Translations under genes and position numbers: made by a program
The notes under the pieces: generated by a model
Seen by the model: the letters and a program-made list of their open reading frames with translations, nothing else
The model's database searches: none
Told to the model about the DNA's origin: nothing
In this document: one piece after another, positions 25,812 through 37,851 of the stretch
How the letters are laid out: each line of letters opens with the position of its first letter
Position numbering within the stretch: position 1 is the stretch's first letter
NCBI RefSeq assembly: GCF_026210795.1
Contig: NC_089429.1
Span: 558,001 to 622,000 of the forward strand
Length of the DNA stretch: 64,000 bases
Origin: Rhizophagus irregularis
Lineage: Eukaryota
Direction: 5' to 3'

Positions 25812-28296
25812 TTATAAACTATTTATTTCCCAAAAATTTGGATTTATCGCTTTAGTAAAAGCAAATGTGGCTCGTGCTGAAAAAATAGGGCCAAAGTAGC
25901 TCTTAAAATTATCCGTTGAAACGATCAGAATATTTGATGTCTTTTTTCTTTCCCTGTATGGTTGCGAGGTAAATATTATCGTTATAGGTTGATAATTTTG
26001 AAGCTCAGGACTTCCCTCAATGCCACTTAAATTCTTATCATCTTCCTTATAGACATTACTCTCGGTCATCTTTACTGAGCAATAGTCCCATTTGTTTTGA
26101 CCCATTATGAGATAATAAACTCCATTTTCATCTTCCATAACAAGAAATATATCTGCAAATTCAGCAGAACTACCGTTAACAACCACAGATCGACCATCCT
26201 TCCAGTGGATCTTTGTACCATCAGATTTAAGCGTCAAATCTAAACTTAATGGAAATTGCTCTCTCGCCTCATATGTAAAGAGCTTTTTCAATTTCATAAT
26301 AATATCTAAGTCATTGTTTGTTCCACAAGCACCAGGATGTAGTTCTCGAAGGGATAGCTTATCCTTTCCCATTTTAATGGCCAGATTGACCCGAAAGGAA
26401 ATATGATGTGCCACGAATAATTCCCATCTCTGCCAATACTTTACTTGAAAGGTCTTTGCAAGATTCACATTAACAATCTTTAAGATATCGTTGTAAAGGC
26501 AAATAAAAAAAAATGGCATTTCAATAAGGTATAAACATGGAGAGAGAGGAGAGAGAGCAAAATGTCCATCACTTTGCAGATCTTTGACAGTAATTTTTAG
26601 CTTCTCATCTAAGCATTCGTCTTCATCAATAGGGATCCCCTCAACACAATGATACAAAAGTTTTATGGCAAGTTCCTTATTACCTTCCACTTTATAATAA
26701 ATGTTGTACATTTTTTCAAGATCACCCTTAACATTTGTGAAAATATTATCATAATCATGACTTTCAAGTTCCCGAAAGAATTCTTCTCCATTATCACATA
26801 ATTTCATAAAACATATGGTAAAGAGTTGTTCAAGTGCACGAGGCAAACCTCCAGTGTCCATCAGCAGTTGTATAAGTGGAACACAAAACTTCCATTTATA
26901 TACATGGTTTTCTGTTGGTGCTTTAAATTTTGTCGCAAAATGGTCCATAATTCGAATTATCGATGCATTGTCCAATAATGGACAATCAACAAATTGAAAT
27001 GAGATATCCGCAGTTTTTTTTTGTTCAGCAATAGCTCGTGGTGCTGTTCCTGAGAGGAATGGCTGTATAAATGTAAGGTTTTCAGTAAGCATGTATTTTG
27101 CAAGGTTGCGGATCATATTCTTAAATAATTCTTTTGTTTTATTTTTTGCATCCCAGGCATCAATCTTATGAAATTTATCAATGTGAAGATACAAGAATAA
27201 TTTTTGATTGTTGGAGAACTTCAGAGATTTATAGCAATAATTAATGACGGACTCAAAAAAAAAAATATCGTTGCCATATGCAAGAACTAAAGATCGGAAT
27301 ACTTGAAATGTGATGTAATAATTTTTTTCCATAAAGAATACATAAGCAATCCGCAATCCAAAAATTACTGTTGGTATAAGTTCACAGTCATAGTCATCAA
27401 GGTAAAGGCTAGTTCCAAAATCCATATAGAGATATTCAAAATGTACGTCATTCCATTCTTGTGGTGGTTTCCAGTTTTTTTGGATGTGATCAAATAGTTC
27501 CATTCCAAACCGAGTTTTTCCTATTTAAAAAATTTCAGATACAGATAGCAATTTATATAAATCATTTAGAAAAGGCATAAGGAACTTACCTATCCCGGGG
27601 GCTCCTGAGCTGACGAAACACCAATAATTCAAATTGCCTATCACTCCCTCAACATTAGCTCTTGTAGTTTCTTCAACTCGAACCAATGCTTCTCTAAATT
27701 CACGATGTTGCAGTGGCATGTCTAATTGGTTAGGTGATTTAGGCTTAGACTTTCTTTTTTTCAAATTCTTCGAAATTTCCTCAATAATTTCTTCAACTAA
27801 GAGAAGCAATTAAAATTGGCATTTGGAAAAATTCAAGCGATAACGATTGTATGCGTACTTACCAGTTTTCAAAGATTTTAATTGTCCTGATCCTTTGAAA
27901 AAAAGTTATGGTTGAGGAAATGTGATATAAACAATAAAATCAATTCTTGTTCAAGAGGTAAAACATTGGGAGACACTTACCAGTGGTGGTGGGCTTTGGC
28001 AGTTCTACGATGATGTGGATGTGCTCACTAGAAAGTTGTTCTTTGAAAACTTGCCCAATAGTTTTGAGGTCACTGTCCAGCTCCTCACCTCTGAACTTTA
28101 CTTTGATGTCGATTCCTTCATATATCTCTTGCTTTTTGCTTTCAGGAATATTGACTTTCCATAATATCAGTTTGTGTGCAGGTCCAGCCAATCCTGCTTG
28201 CTCCTTGATAGCTCTCTTGAGATGTCTTATGGTCTTGCCTGTATCGAAATCAACAGGAAATGCGTTCTTTTCACCTAAAACAATACAACCTAACAT
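25812..28296 (-). CDS. Crinkler (CRN) family protein: ubiquitin-like CRN-NTD + STAND-like P-loop NTPase + PD-(D/E)XK nuclease; ~753 aa, 4 exons, possibly decaying
   Basis: LILWKV and HIHIIV CRN motifs. Exons 28296-27981, 27892-27863, 27796-27590 and 27520-25812 splice in frame; Walker A GAPGIG|KT spans intron 3; Walker B region YLHIDK; TGGLPRALE; C-terminal ADIF..QNK. Confidence 0.85.
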
Positions 28297-28435
28297 AATT
28301 TTGGTATATCTATAATTGCGAAAATAGAGAGTAGTTCAAAAAAAATCGAATTTAGTTTGTACCCAGAATTGCGAAAGTACTCAAATTTTATCATATATAC
28401 TGTATATACATTTTCATAAGCAATCATTGACTAAT

Positions 28436-28477
28436 TACTACGAACTGTGAGTCAGTAATACTACGAACTGAGTCAGC
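28436..28477. promoter_or_regulatory. Duplicated TGAGTCA (Gcn4/AP-1-type bZIP) sites upstream of CRN
   Basis: TACTACGAACTG(TG)AGTCAG twice; TGAGTCA at 28448 and 28469; TGACTCA also at 28711. Confidence 0.35.
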
Positions 28478-29856
28478 GATGTGTCAAAAATCAATTCAAA
28501 TTACAAAAAAAATTTATCAATCAAAAATCAGCCACATATCACAATGTCACATGAGAGTGCCAATCAAAATAATTTCCAGTTGTGAAGACATTACGCAACA
28601 AGGTATGTTATGACTGTACATTTGCAAGAAAGCTTATAAAACTAATATCCATTTTTTTTTGTTAGGTGGAGAACATAAATTTACCAAGGTCAATATTGTT
28701 AATTTATTTCTGACTCAGCATATTCTATGTATATGTTATTACTATTCTGGTCTGGAGTGATAACTAACATCGAAGATGTCAAACTGACCAGTTGTGACAA
28801 AAAGGTCAAATAGTAAGATTGATAATATTGTAACAAAATATAAGGGTATCACTAATAATTTCCAATAGAAAAATAATAATGATGGTAACTAATGTAAGAG
28901 TTTCTTAAGAATAGAAATCTATCAAACAAATAATGATAAAACACAAGGTTAAACAGTAAAACACGTGAAAAGTTTACTGCAATAAATCATACAAAAAAAA
29001 ATAATACTTCGGATAACACAATCTAAACTCTCTGTTAGATCTACCCAGGTGTTAACAACTTTTATTCAAAAGAAGATATTACCCTATATATGTTTACATT
29101 TTCACACATGACAGTTTGAACTAATCAATATTATCCTATTATACTAATATGATTAATCAAGCAATTATCTGTAAAAACTTTTCTATTACCATTTTGTATA
29201 AGTTCCATATATCTATATAATTCATCAATCTCAAGAACTAACTAATAAACTAATGTTATAATAATTAAACTGATACTTATAATTGAATATTTATGAGTCA
29301 AAAGCAATAATAATACTAAAAGTAGTTAATTAATGTAAGTAACTAATAAAACTAAAATATATTATAAGAAATGTTTCATAATCATGGGAATTCTGCACAC
29401 TACATCATGTGACTTGTTCGATCTTCAACTATTTCCATGGGAATAATTTTAAATAATTCTTTCTTAAGCAAAAATTTTGGTAACACATAAGTGACGACCA
29501 TTTTATTCTATCCAGAATATCAATGTTGGGGCAATGAAATCGGATTAGAGTTAATGTTGAGATATTATGTTAGTATAGATAGTTTAACACTTGTGTAGGT
29601 CTGTATAGTAGCTCAAAATTTTTTTTGAAAATCACTCGTGTATGATAAATGATGAAATAAATTTATAAATTCATAATAATAATAATTTCTTTATTTAATA
29701 ATTGAATAATCCTATAAAAAAATAAGAATGACTAAATTATTTAAATTACAAACTAAGAATCTTCCTATTACTCTATAATCTTAGTGTTTAAATAATTCAA
29801 CATAAAATAAATAATAAAAATGAATTTGCAGTCAAATTATCAAATTGTAAATTAAT

Positions 29857-32131
29857 TTAAGATTCATCTATTAAATAGATAGATTAGTAAATAAATGTAA
29901 TTTATTATTTTAATACATTATTAAAAATACTAAATATTAAACAAACCATCAAGAATTTCTGATTTAACTTGTTCTGAATGAAGACTTGGATTATTTTGTT
30001 CTTCATCTGTAAAAGTAAATAAATAGAATAATGACTAATTTACATTATAAATAATTTAACAAATATGGCTTACCATTAGTACCAATATTTAATTGTTGTT
30101 GCACGAATTCTCTCTCATGGTCATTTTGAACGTCTGCTATCATCAATAAATTAAATTATTAATATACTTATCAACAAAAATATTATAAGAAAATTAGGAT
30201 TGATAAATAAATAAATATTTTAAGGCTTTACCATTCTCTATTTTTAATTTTTTGGATAATCTTGGTGATTCTTTACTATCATTATCTAAAATTAAGATAT
30301 CAGTAAATTAGTATTTATTTATTATAAAACACTAATAAGAATAAACTATTGGAACTAATTGGTATATATTGATTACTCGATTTACTAAGATTACTAGCTA
30401 TAATAAAATGAATCATTTAATATTATATTGTATAAAATTCAATATAATTTTAATAAATACTTACCATTACTAGAAATACTAAAATCATATGATCTACTGA
30501 TATAAAATGCTATTTAAAAAAAGAGATTATTTCAATCTATTTATTTATTAATAAAGGACTTTATACTAAAACATTATTATTTTATATTACCTTTTTGTTC
30601 TTCTATTATTATTTATAAAATAAAAAAGATATTATTAATAATATTGAACATTAAAAAATTAAATTAATAATATACAGTATATGAAACACTTTATACCTTC
30701 TGTTGCATTTTTTGGTTCAGGTAGGTTTTCAAATTTATAAATTTTACTTGTAAATGATTTACTATACATGTTAATTTTTTCTTTATCTACTTTTGCTATT
30801 AATTGAGGTAATTCATTTGAATTATTTTGATAATATGTTTTAATTTCTCTGATTTTTTCCAAAAGTGCACGAGTTTCAGGTCTTTTTAATGGATTAGCAT
30901 TCCAACATTGTTCCATTAAACTTTTATATTTTGAAGGAATTTCTGATATAATTTTTGGTCTTATACCATCAATAATATTAATTGCAAGAATACAATCATG
31001 TTCATAATTCATAAATGGAGGTTGTCCAAATGAAATTTCCCACATAAGCATTGCAATACTATAAATATCAGATTTAAAAGTATATCCTCTTCCAATAATA
31101 ACTTCAGGTGCTATGTAAGGAAGATTTCCATATATACTTGTTGATGGTTTGTCTGCAGGACCACAAAATCCTAGATCACTAATTTCATCATTAAAATGGG
31201 AATATAATATATTTCCAGAATGCAAATCTCTGTGAGTTGAATTCTCTTCATGAATATAATAAAGTGCTTCAATTATTTCATAAGTAATTCTAATTCTTTC
31301 ATTCCATGTAAGTTGATTATGATTTTGTTGTAAAAATTCTCTTAAATTTACATCCATTCCTCTCATTACAAGTAAATAATTTCCATTTGATGGATTTTTT
31401 GTTAAACCGAAACATTGAACAATCACTGAACTTTTGTTGCTTAAAGTTAAATGTGATCTAACCTTAAAAATATTTAAAAAACTTAATTTTAAAATTTAAT
31501 TATTAATAATAAATTTTATTATTTTTTTAAAGTTACCAACCTCTTCAAACCAACTTTGACTTGCATTTTCAACATTTTTTAATTCTTTAAGTATTACTTT
31601 ATGAATTCCAAATCTTATTAATTGTTGTTCTTTAGAATCCCATTCTTCATATTGACCATCAATCCATTTTGCTGTGTAAATCTCTGAGAACCCACCTTTT
31701 GTCAGATATTCAATATTTTGTAAGTTATTAAATGGGATCCATTCAATAATAACATTTGGTCTAAGTGTTTCCGTTTGGCAATTTTTTATTAAATTATCGA
31801 TATCATTATTTCCAGATGTCCAATTTGGAAAATTTGCTCTTAAATAATTTCGAACACAATATTCACAATATAATGTAGCTAAACATTTTTGGTTACAATG
31901 TTCACAAATTCTTCTCGTTCCTGAATTATAAAGAATTTTATCTCGGTCATAAGATTTATTATTTTTTCTTATTGCTTCAGTTTTTTCTTCTTCTGTAAGA
32001 GAATCATCATCAAGAATTTTTTGTTCACAAAATTTGTATTGTTTATGAAAGCCAACACAAATACTATAATCAATTGACATATGGGCTCTCCTAAGTGCTG
32101 CTTCTATTAAATTCTTTCGAATATTAGACAT
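29857..32131 (-). CDS. TKL-like protein kinase paralogue 5
   Basis: ORFs 31496-32251 and 30659-31426; true start MSNIRKN at 32131 by homology; 2-aa deletion just before ISDLG. Confidence 0.85.
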
Positions 32132-32772
32132 TTTTGTAAAAAAAAAAAATTTTTTTTTTAATAATTGAAAAAAAAAAGTTTCCATTGATGGTAAAATTGG
32201 TGCGACCAACAAACAAAACAAAGAAGTATTGTCTACTGATCTGCCTGTCATGTGCTACATTGTCAGCAAATTAAATAAAGGTTCTTATATTTTCATTTAA
32301 CTTGTGAGATCATTTTTATCTATTTATTTATTTCTTGTAAAACATGATGTAAAAAATACAGAGGCACCAATAACATTAAAGATTGTACAAAAAAAAAAAA
32401 TAAAAAAAAAAAGTTTTAAAATATATTTCTGCTAAACTAATGAAATGTATTTCTTAAAAATGATGTTTTTGGAAAATAGATTTTATTAATCAAATCCTCA
32501 TAAAATTCAATATATCACTCTATAAATTGATAAAATAAATTTCAATTGGATCCATGATATCAATAAATTCCAGTGAAAAAAAAATCATATCATCAATTGT
32601 CTTTATTTCTCTTCAGTTAACTAAATTAATAATTTTAATAATTAATATTATATTTTTAAAATTGTGCTTAATTTTTATTTTTAGTTATTATGTTTAATTG
32701 AGTCAAAATTTAAAGTTTCAAAAAATAGAAGTCAAAATTCAATTTTGATGATTAAATTTTAGTTGCATAATA

Positions 32773-33003
32773 GGACCCAGAAATATATGTATAGGAGTCA
32801 GGTGATGAAAAAAATTTTTTACTATTAGCTGTACGCATTTTTTCAGGGCCGGAATTATGATAATGTCAGTCAGTTACTATAATAGGAAATGAAATTCTGA
32901 CTGGTATTATCAAAAATTATCTAAAAAAGGAAAGATTTTCATGATTTTTTAGTTCAAAATACGCAAACTTAAGCCTGATCCTTTTATATATATTTCTGGG
33001 TCC
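32773..33003. mobile_element. Mutator-like MITE
   Basis: TIRs GGACCCAGAAATATAT / ATATATTTCTGGGTCC; 10-bp TSD TTGCATAATA; empty sites in paralogous regions (~3128, ~15896). Confidence 0.8.
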
Positions 33004-33519
33004 TTGCATAATATTTCGATAACATAATACGTAAAATACTATTCAAAGTTATTTATTGTATAATAAGTCTACAAATTTAAAAATTAAAGTACATGTATTA
33101 CGAAGATGATAAGATATATCTCTTTTTGAATATAATGACATTATAGATGACAGTATCTATTTTATGAGAACTTTCTGTTTATCACTTTATATTCACTTTT
33201 TATTGCTAAAAAAAGGAAAGTAAGGTAAAAAGGGATATCGGTCAATAGAATTCATAGAATTCCTAGTAGTAAGTATTAAACTGTGAGAAAAATTATAACC
33301 GCCATTTATGTAAAATTCTGAAGAATATCCTGATTATTCACATAATAATATTGCATCTGCTGATACAAATTAATCCAATCATTCGGTAGTAAAAAACTTA
33401 TTTTTTTTAAATTTTCTTTATGAAATTCTTATCATCGTTTTTAAATTTTTATTTGTCTCTTCATTTTTATAATTATATTAATTATATTTAACTTGTTAGG
33501 ATTTGCTGATAAAATTAAT

Positions 33520-34150
33520 TTCTATTTTCGCTGTGAATTATATAAAAAAGTGTCACTCCACCACCCGGTAGTTAGTCGAGAATCAGGCGAAAAATCAAAC
33601 AAAAATTCTAATAAAATTTCAAACATACCATTATTTGCATCATCGATATTTACAACCAAACGAACTCGTACTTTCTACAAAGTAATAATAAGGTAGGTTT
33701 GTTTATTGTTCGTTTAGCTTCTTGAAACATGACATCACAATATTAATCAATTTTCTCGCCTTTATGGATGTTCTATAATGAAACGGACATGATACTCTTG
33801 TTATTTAATCAGCATTCTAATCTTCACCGAGAAAATCTCTGACCATCACTACACAATATCATAAATAAATTCCCATGATGGTATATGCTGAATTTTTTAA
33901 TGTTTGGCGCAAAATCGTACTTGCAAAAGAAAAATCGCCTGAACACAAAGGATGCACTATGAAGCAAATTAATATAGAATTGGAAATATTGCATATTTTT
34001 TTTTATCTCATCACTAATCTCCCAAATTTACGCTATACTATAGGTTTGCAGAAATTAGCATACCTTCTTGTAATTTACAGTATGTTAAAATCGATATTGA
34101 ATTACCTTAACGATCTAAAAGAAGTTGAAGCGTATTTAGAAAAGTTCTGT
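33520..34150 (+). pseudogene. Decayed coding-like segment, paralogue of 4495-5110
   Basis: Sequence similarity to 4495-5110; contains 92-aa ORF 33875-34153. Confidence 0.35.
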
Positions 34151-35045
34151 TGATATAGCTATCACGTTAATAATACTAGAATATTATGTGCAACTGTCAG
34201 TATCTATATATTGCGTCTTCGTATATGGATATTTGCTATAAAGGTTAATTTTACTTTTTTTCTTAACAAGATAAAGGGATTCGTATTATCATACTATTAT
34301 TTCATAAAAATTTATGTAACCTTTTTACTACTTTTAAGCGGCAGGTTGGCCAAAAGTAATCCATCATTCTCTTTTAAATGAAAAAAAAATTATATTAAAT
34401 AATATTAGTAAGTGTAAGAGTGATACTAATGAACATACTATGCATCCTAAACTGGTTGCGGGAATTCTTACACCGATTTTGCCAGGTTCATGAAACAAAA
34501 TTTTTTTAAATCTAGAATTTGCAGATTATTATTTTTTTTTTTGTGAGAATGCGAGAAAACAATAGAAATTGCTTATAAATTAATAAATATCAAGTGTAAT
34601 TTACAAATTAGCGCATAAGGTCTTTTGATATTTTAGATTACTCATGGTCATGGATATTACTACTTTGTGCTACTTCGTTAGACGGGTACTGACCAGAGTT
34701 AACGAATTTAATTCTAACTGAAATAATTAGCTCTGATCAAATTAGGATAACAATTTTTATCAGGCTAAAACTCTTAGCTGGAAACAAGAAATCGAATTGT
34801 ACTCCACATAATTAATTTCTTTTAAATGAATTCTTTGTAGTTTTCATAACACATTTTCACAACATGATTAAACAGTTATAAAAGTAATATAAGAAAATTT
34901 CATGTAATATTTCTGGTTTATTGAATTTTATTTAAGAGTTGGATATAATTAACAAATAAGTTATTGTTATCTGTTATAATTTCAATCGATTGGTAAAGTA
35001 GCAATACATCGTTAAAAATAGGTTTATATTGAAGGTAGCTTTTTT

Positions 35046-36577
35046 TTACAAATCCAAAGACTATATTATATATGTATAAGGAAAATATTAATTCATTGCA
35101 AATAAATAAAAAAGACAAATATATTTACAAATAATTATAATTTCCTACCTTCATAAAAAAGTCATTATATCTATTACCAATAATTTCAATAGAATTAATA
35201 ATTTGCCTTATTTCAGCCAATTCTTCAGAACTAAGATTAACTTTTACTGCTTCAACATTTTCTTCCAAATGTTTAATTTTTCTTGTGCCAGGAATAACAA
35301 TCACGTTATCTCCCTGTGAAAAGTATATAAAACTTAAAAAAAAATGTTATGACATTAAAATGTAAATAAACTTTGATATTTACCTGAGCTAGAATCCAAG
35401 ATAAACAAAGTTGACCTGGAGTTACGCCTTTCTTTTCTGCAAATTCATTAAATTTATGTACAATTTCCAAATTTTTATTGAAATTTTCACCTTGAAAACG
35501 TGGAATCAATCTTCTAAAATCATTTGGTTCAAAATCATCAATAGACTTATATCTTCCCTAAAAAAATATACATATATTAGTAAATCATTACGTTTTCATA
35601 AAATACAAGGACAATTTAAAAAATGACAAATACTGTTAGAAATCCGCGCCCAAGTGGACTATAAGCTATTATAGTGACACCTAATTCACGACAAGCTTCC
35701 ATAATTCCATTTGTTTCAATATCAAGTGTCCAAGGACTATATTCAATCTTAAAAATAATTTTAATTTTTAATACAGATTGAAAAGGGTTATTATTATTTT
35801 ATGTTGAATGTTAAAAATAATGTCCCGTCAATATTATATATAAAATTGAACTTACTTGAACTGCGGCAATAGGATGAACTTTATAAGCACGTCGAAGAGT
35901 TTCTGCAGAACATTCAGAAAGACCAATATATTTAATTTTTCCTTCTTTAACAAGTTCTGCTAGAGCACCAACAGTATCTTCAATGGGTCTATAAAAATCA
36001 TAAATTAATAGTTCATTATTTCAATTCTTGACAATATCATGAATAACTTTTTTACTTACGTATTAGGATCTACACGATGTTGATAATAAAGATCGATATA
36101 ATCCACTCCTAATCTTTTTAAAGAGTTTTCGCAAGATTGATGAACGTATTCTGGTTTACCTGATACACTAAATTCGCCATTTGGACCTCGAACGATGCCA
36201 AACTTTGTACAAAGAAACACTTCATTACGACGATCTTTAAGAACTTTTGAAAGGAGGATTTCATTGGCTCCATTATCATAAATATCCTTTATATTTAAAA
36301 TTAACAAATTCAATATACCATTTTCATTATTATAAGCTAATTATTAGAAAATTTAAATACAAACAGCAGAATCCCAAAAGGTACATCCTAAATCAAATGC
36401 TCGATTCAATGCTTTAATATTTTCTTGTTCATCGGCTGAGCCGTAAGTATATGTGCCCTATCATGTAAAAGTTGATTAAAAGATTATATAATTAATGATA
36501 TCAATACCAATTGGTGAACGCACCATGCCAATTGCGGGAATTTTTACACCAGTTTTACTAAGTTCACGAAATAACAT
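35046..36577 (-). CDS. Aldo-keto reductase, YakC/AKR13-like, multi-exon
   Basis: Exons encode [55 protein letters not shown]; catalytic D/Y/K/H present; last exon TCT TTG GAT TTG TAA. Confidence 0.85.
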
Positions 36578-37066
36578 TTTTTAAAAAAATAAAATAAAAT
36601 AAAATAATTTTAACAGAGTTAATAATAATTATATATATTTTTACGAGTTATAGTGAATTGAAATCGTATCGTGAATTAGAGAAGTATTTATCGTTATTTA
36701 TTGATGCACAAGAATCCAAAAAAGGAACAGTCGGAAACCGTCGGGTAAATTTTCGGACACGGTAATGCGATCCGAAATTTGTCCATCCGGATAATCCGTC
36801 CTCAACCGATCCGAATTCAGATAACGGATAATTTTCTGCATCTAAATCCGCGTTTATTTGTTATCAAGAGAACATCAGAGTTAAATAATTTCTTCAACTT
36901 TTTACAGTTTTTTAAAAAAAAACCGCAAGTCTGAGTCACGTGATTATCATGACGGCCAGGACTATTAATGTTTCCGCAACACCTTTAATATCTGGATATC
37001 CGTAGTCGAACGTAACGTACGGATAGTATGATTAGCGACGAAGTTCCCCGGAAAAATGGTTATAAT

Positions 37067-37142
37067 AAATCGTGTACCAGGCAAAAAATCGTGTATCAGG
37101 CAAAAAAATCGTGTATCAGGCAAAAATTCGTGTATCAGGCAA
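37067..37142. repeat. 4 x ~19-20 bp tandem repeat AAAAATCGTGTATCAGGC
   Basis: Directly visible. Confidence 0.9.
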
Positions 37143-37173
37143 TATTCAAATCACGGGATACCGGATAAATCAC

Positions 37174-37377
37174 TTATTCGGCACTTCGAACCGAATAACT
37201 AACGCTACCTAAAAGTAGCTTGTTATATTGGGAATCAAAACTTGATTTACCCAATATAACAGTTATTCGGCACTTCGAACCGAATAACTAACGCTACCTA
37301 AAGGTAGCTTGTTATATTGGGAATCAAACTTGATTTACCCAATATAACAGTTATTCGGCACTTCGTGCCGAATAACT
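37174..37377. repeat. 2.3 x 88-89 bp tandem repeat built from three hairpins
   Basis: Units start at 37174, 37263 and 37351; stems TTATTCGG/CCGAATAA, GCTACC/GGTAGC, GTTATATTGGG/CCCAATATAAC. Confidence 0.9.
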
Positions 37378-37851
37378 ATTAAATATATACGGTAAAATTT
37401 TTGTACCGATGAAATCGTCATATCTCCATTACAACAATATAATGCGATATCAAAACGGATTGAAATCACACAAGTTTATCCGTATGTGGCCCCAAATATA
37501 ATAATTATATAAATAAAAATTCTTCATTGAAGTCCAATTCCGGTTAATGAAATTTTTTTATCATTTTTTCGGCTCCTTTTTAGGACAATGCGATCGGTCA
37601 TCGGCCGCAGCAGAATGTTGATTTTTTTAAAATTAATAAACTCTCCTTTCTTTGATTTGGCTTTTTTTTTAAAACCAAAAAATTTTTTCAGTCTTTACTT
37701 TTTTTCGGGTTGGCTTTTTTTTAAACCGAAACTTTTTTTTCCAATTTTTTTTTTATTTTTTTTCAACTTCTCGGTTCTGTTTTTTTTTTTAAATCGAAAA
37801 AAAAAAATTTTTAAAATTTTTTCCGATTATTAATTTTTTTCCCCTTTATAA

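Noticed and set aside
26815..28315. Plus-strand ORFs 26815, 27303, 27983
   Set aside because: Antisense shadows of the CRN gene.
28700..29600. Possible decayed transposase or gene upstream of CRN
   Set aside because: No recognisable motif or termini.
32132..32251. 40-aa N-terminal extension of kinase 5
   Set aside because: Crosses homopolymer tracts and the shared upstream motif; paralogues start at MSNIR.
37174..37377. CRISPR or tRNA
   Set aside because: Whole units repeat with no unique spacers; no cloverleaf with acceptor stem.
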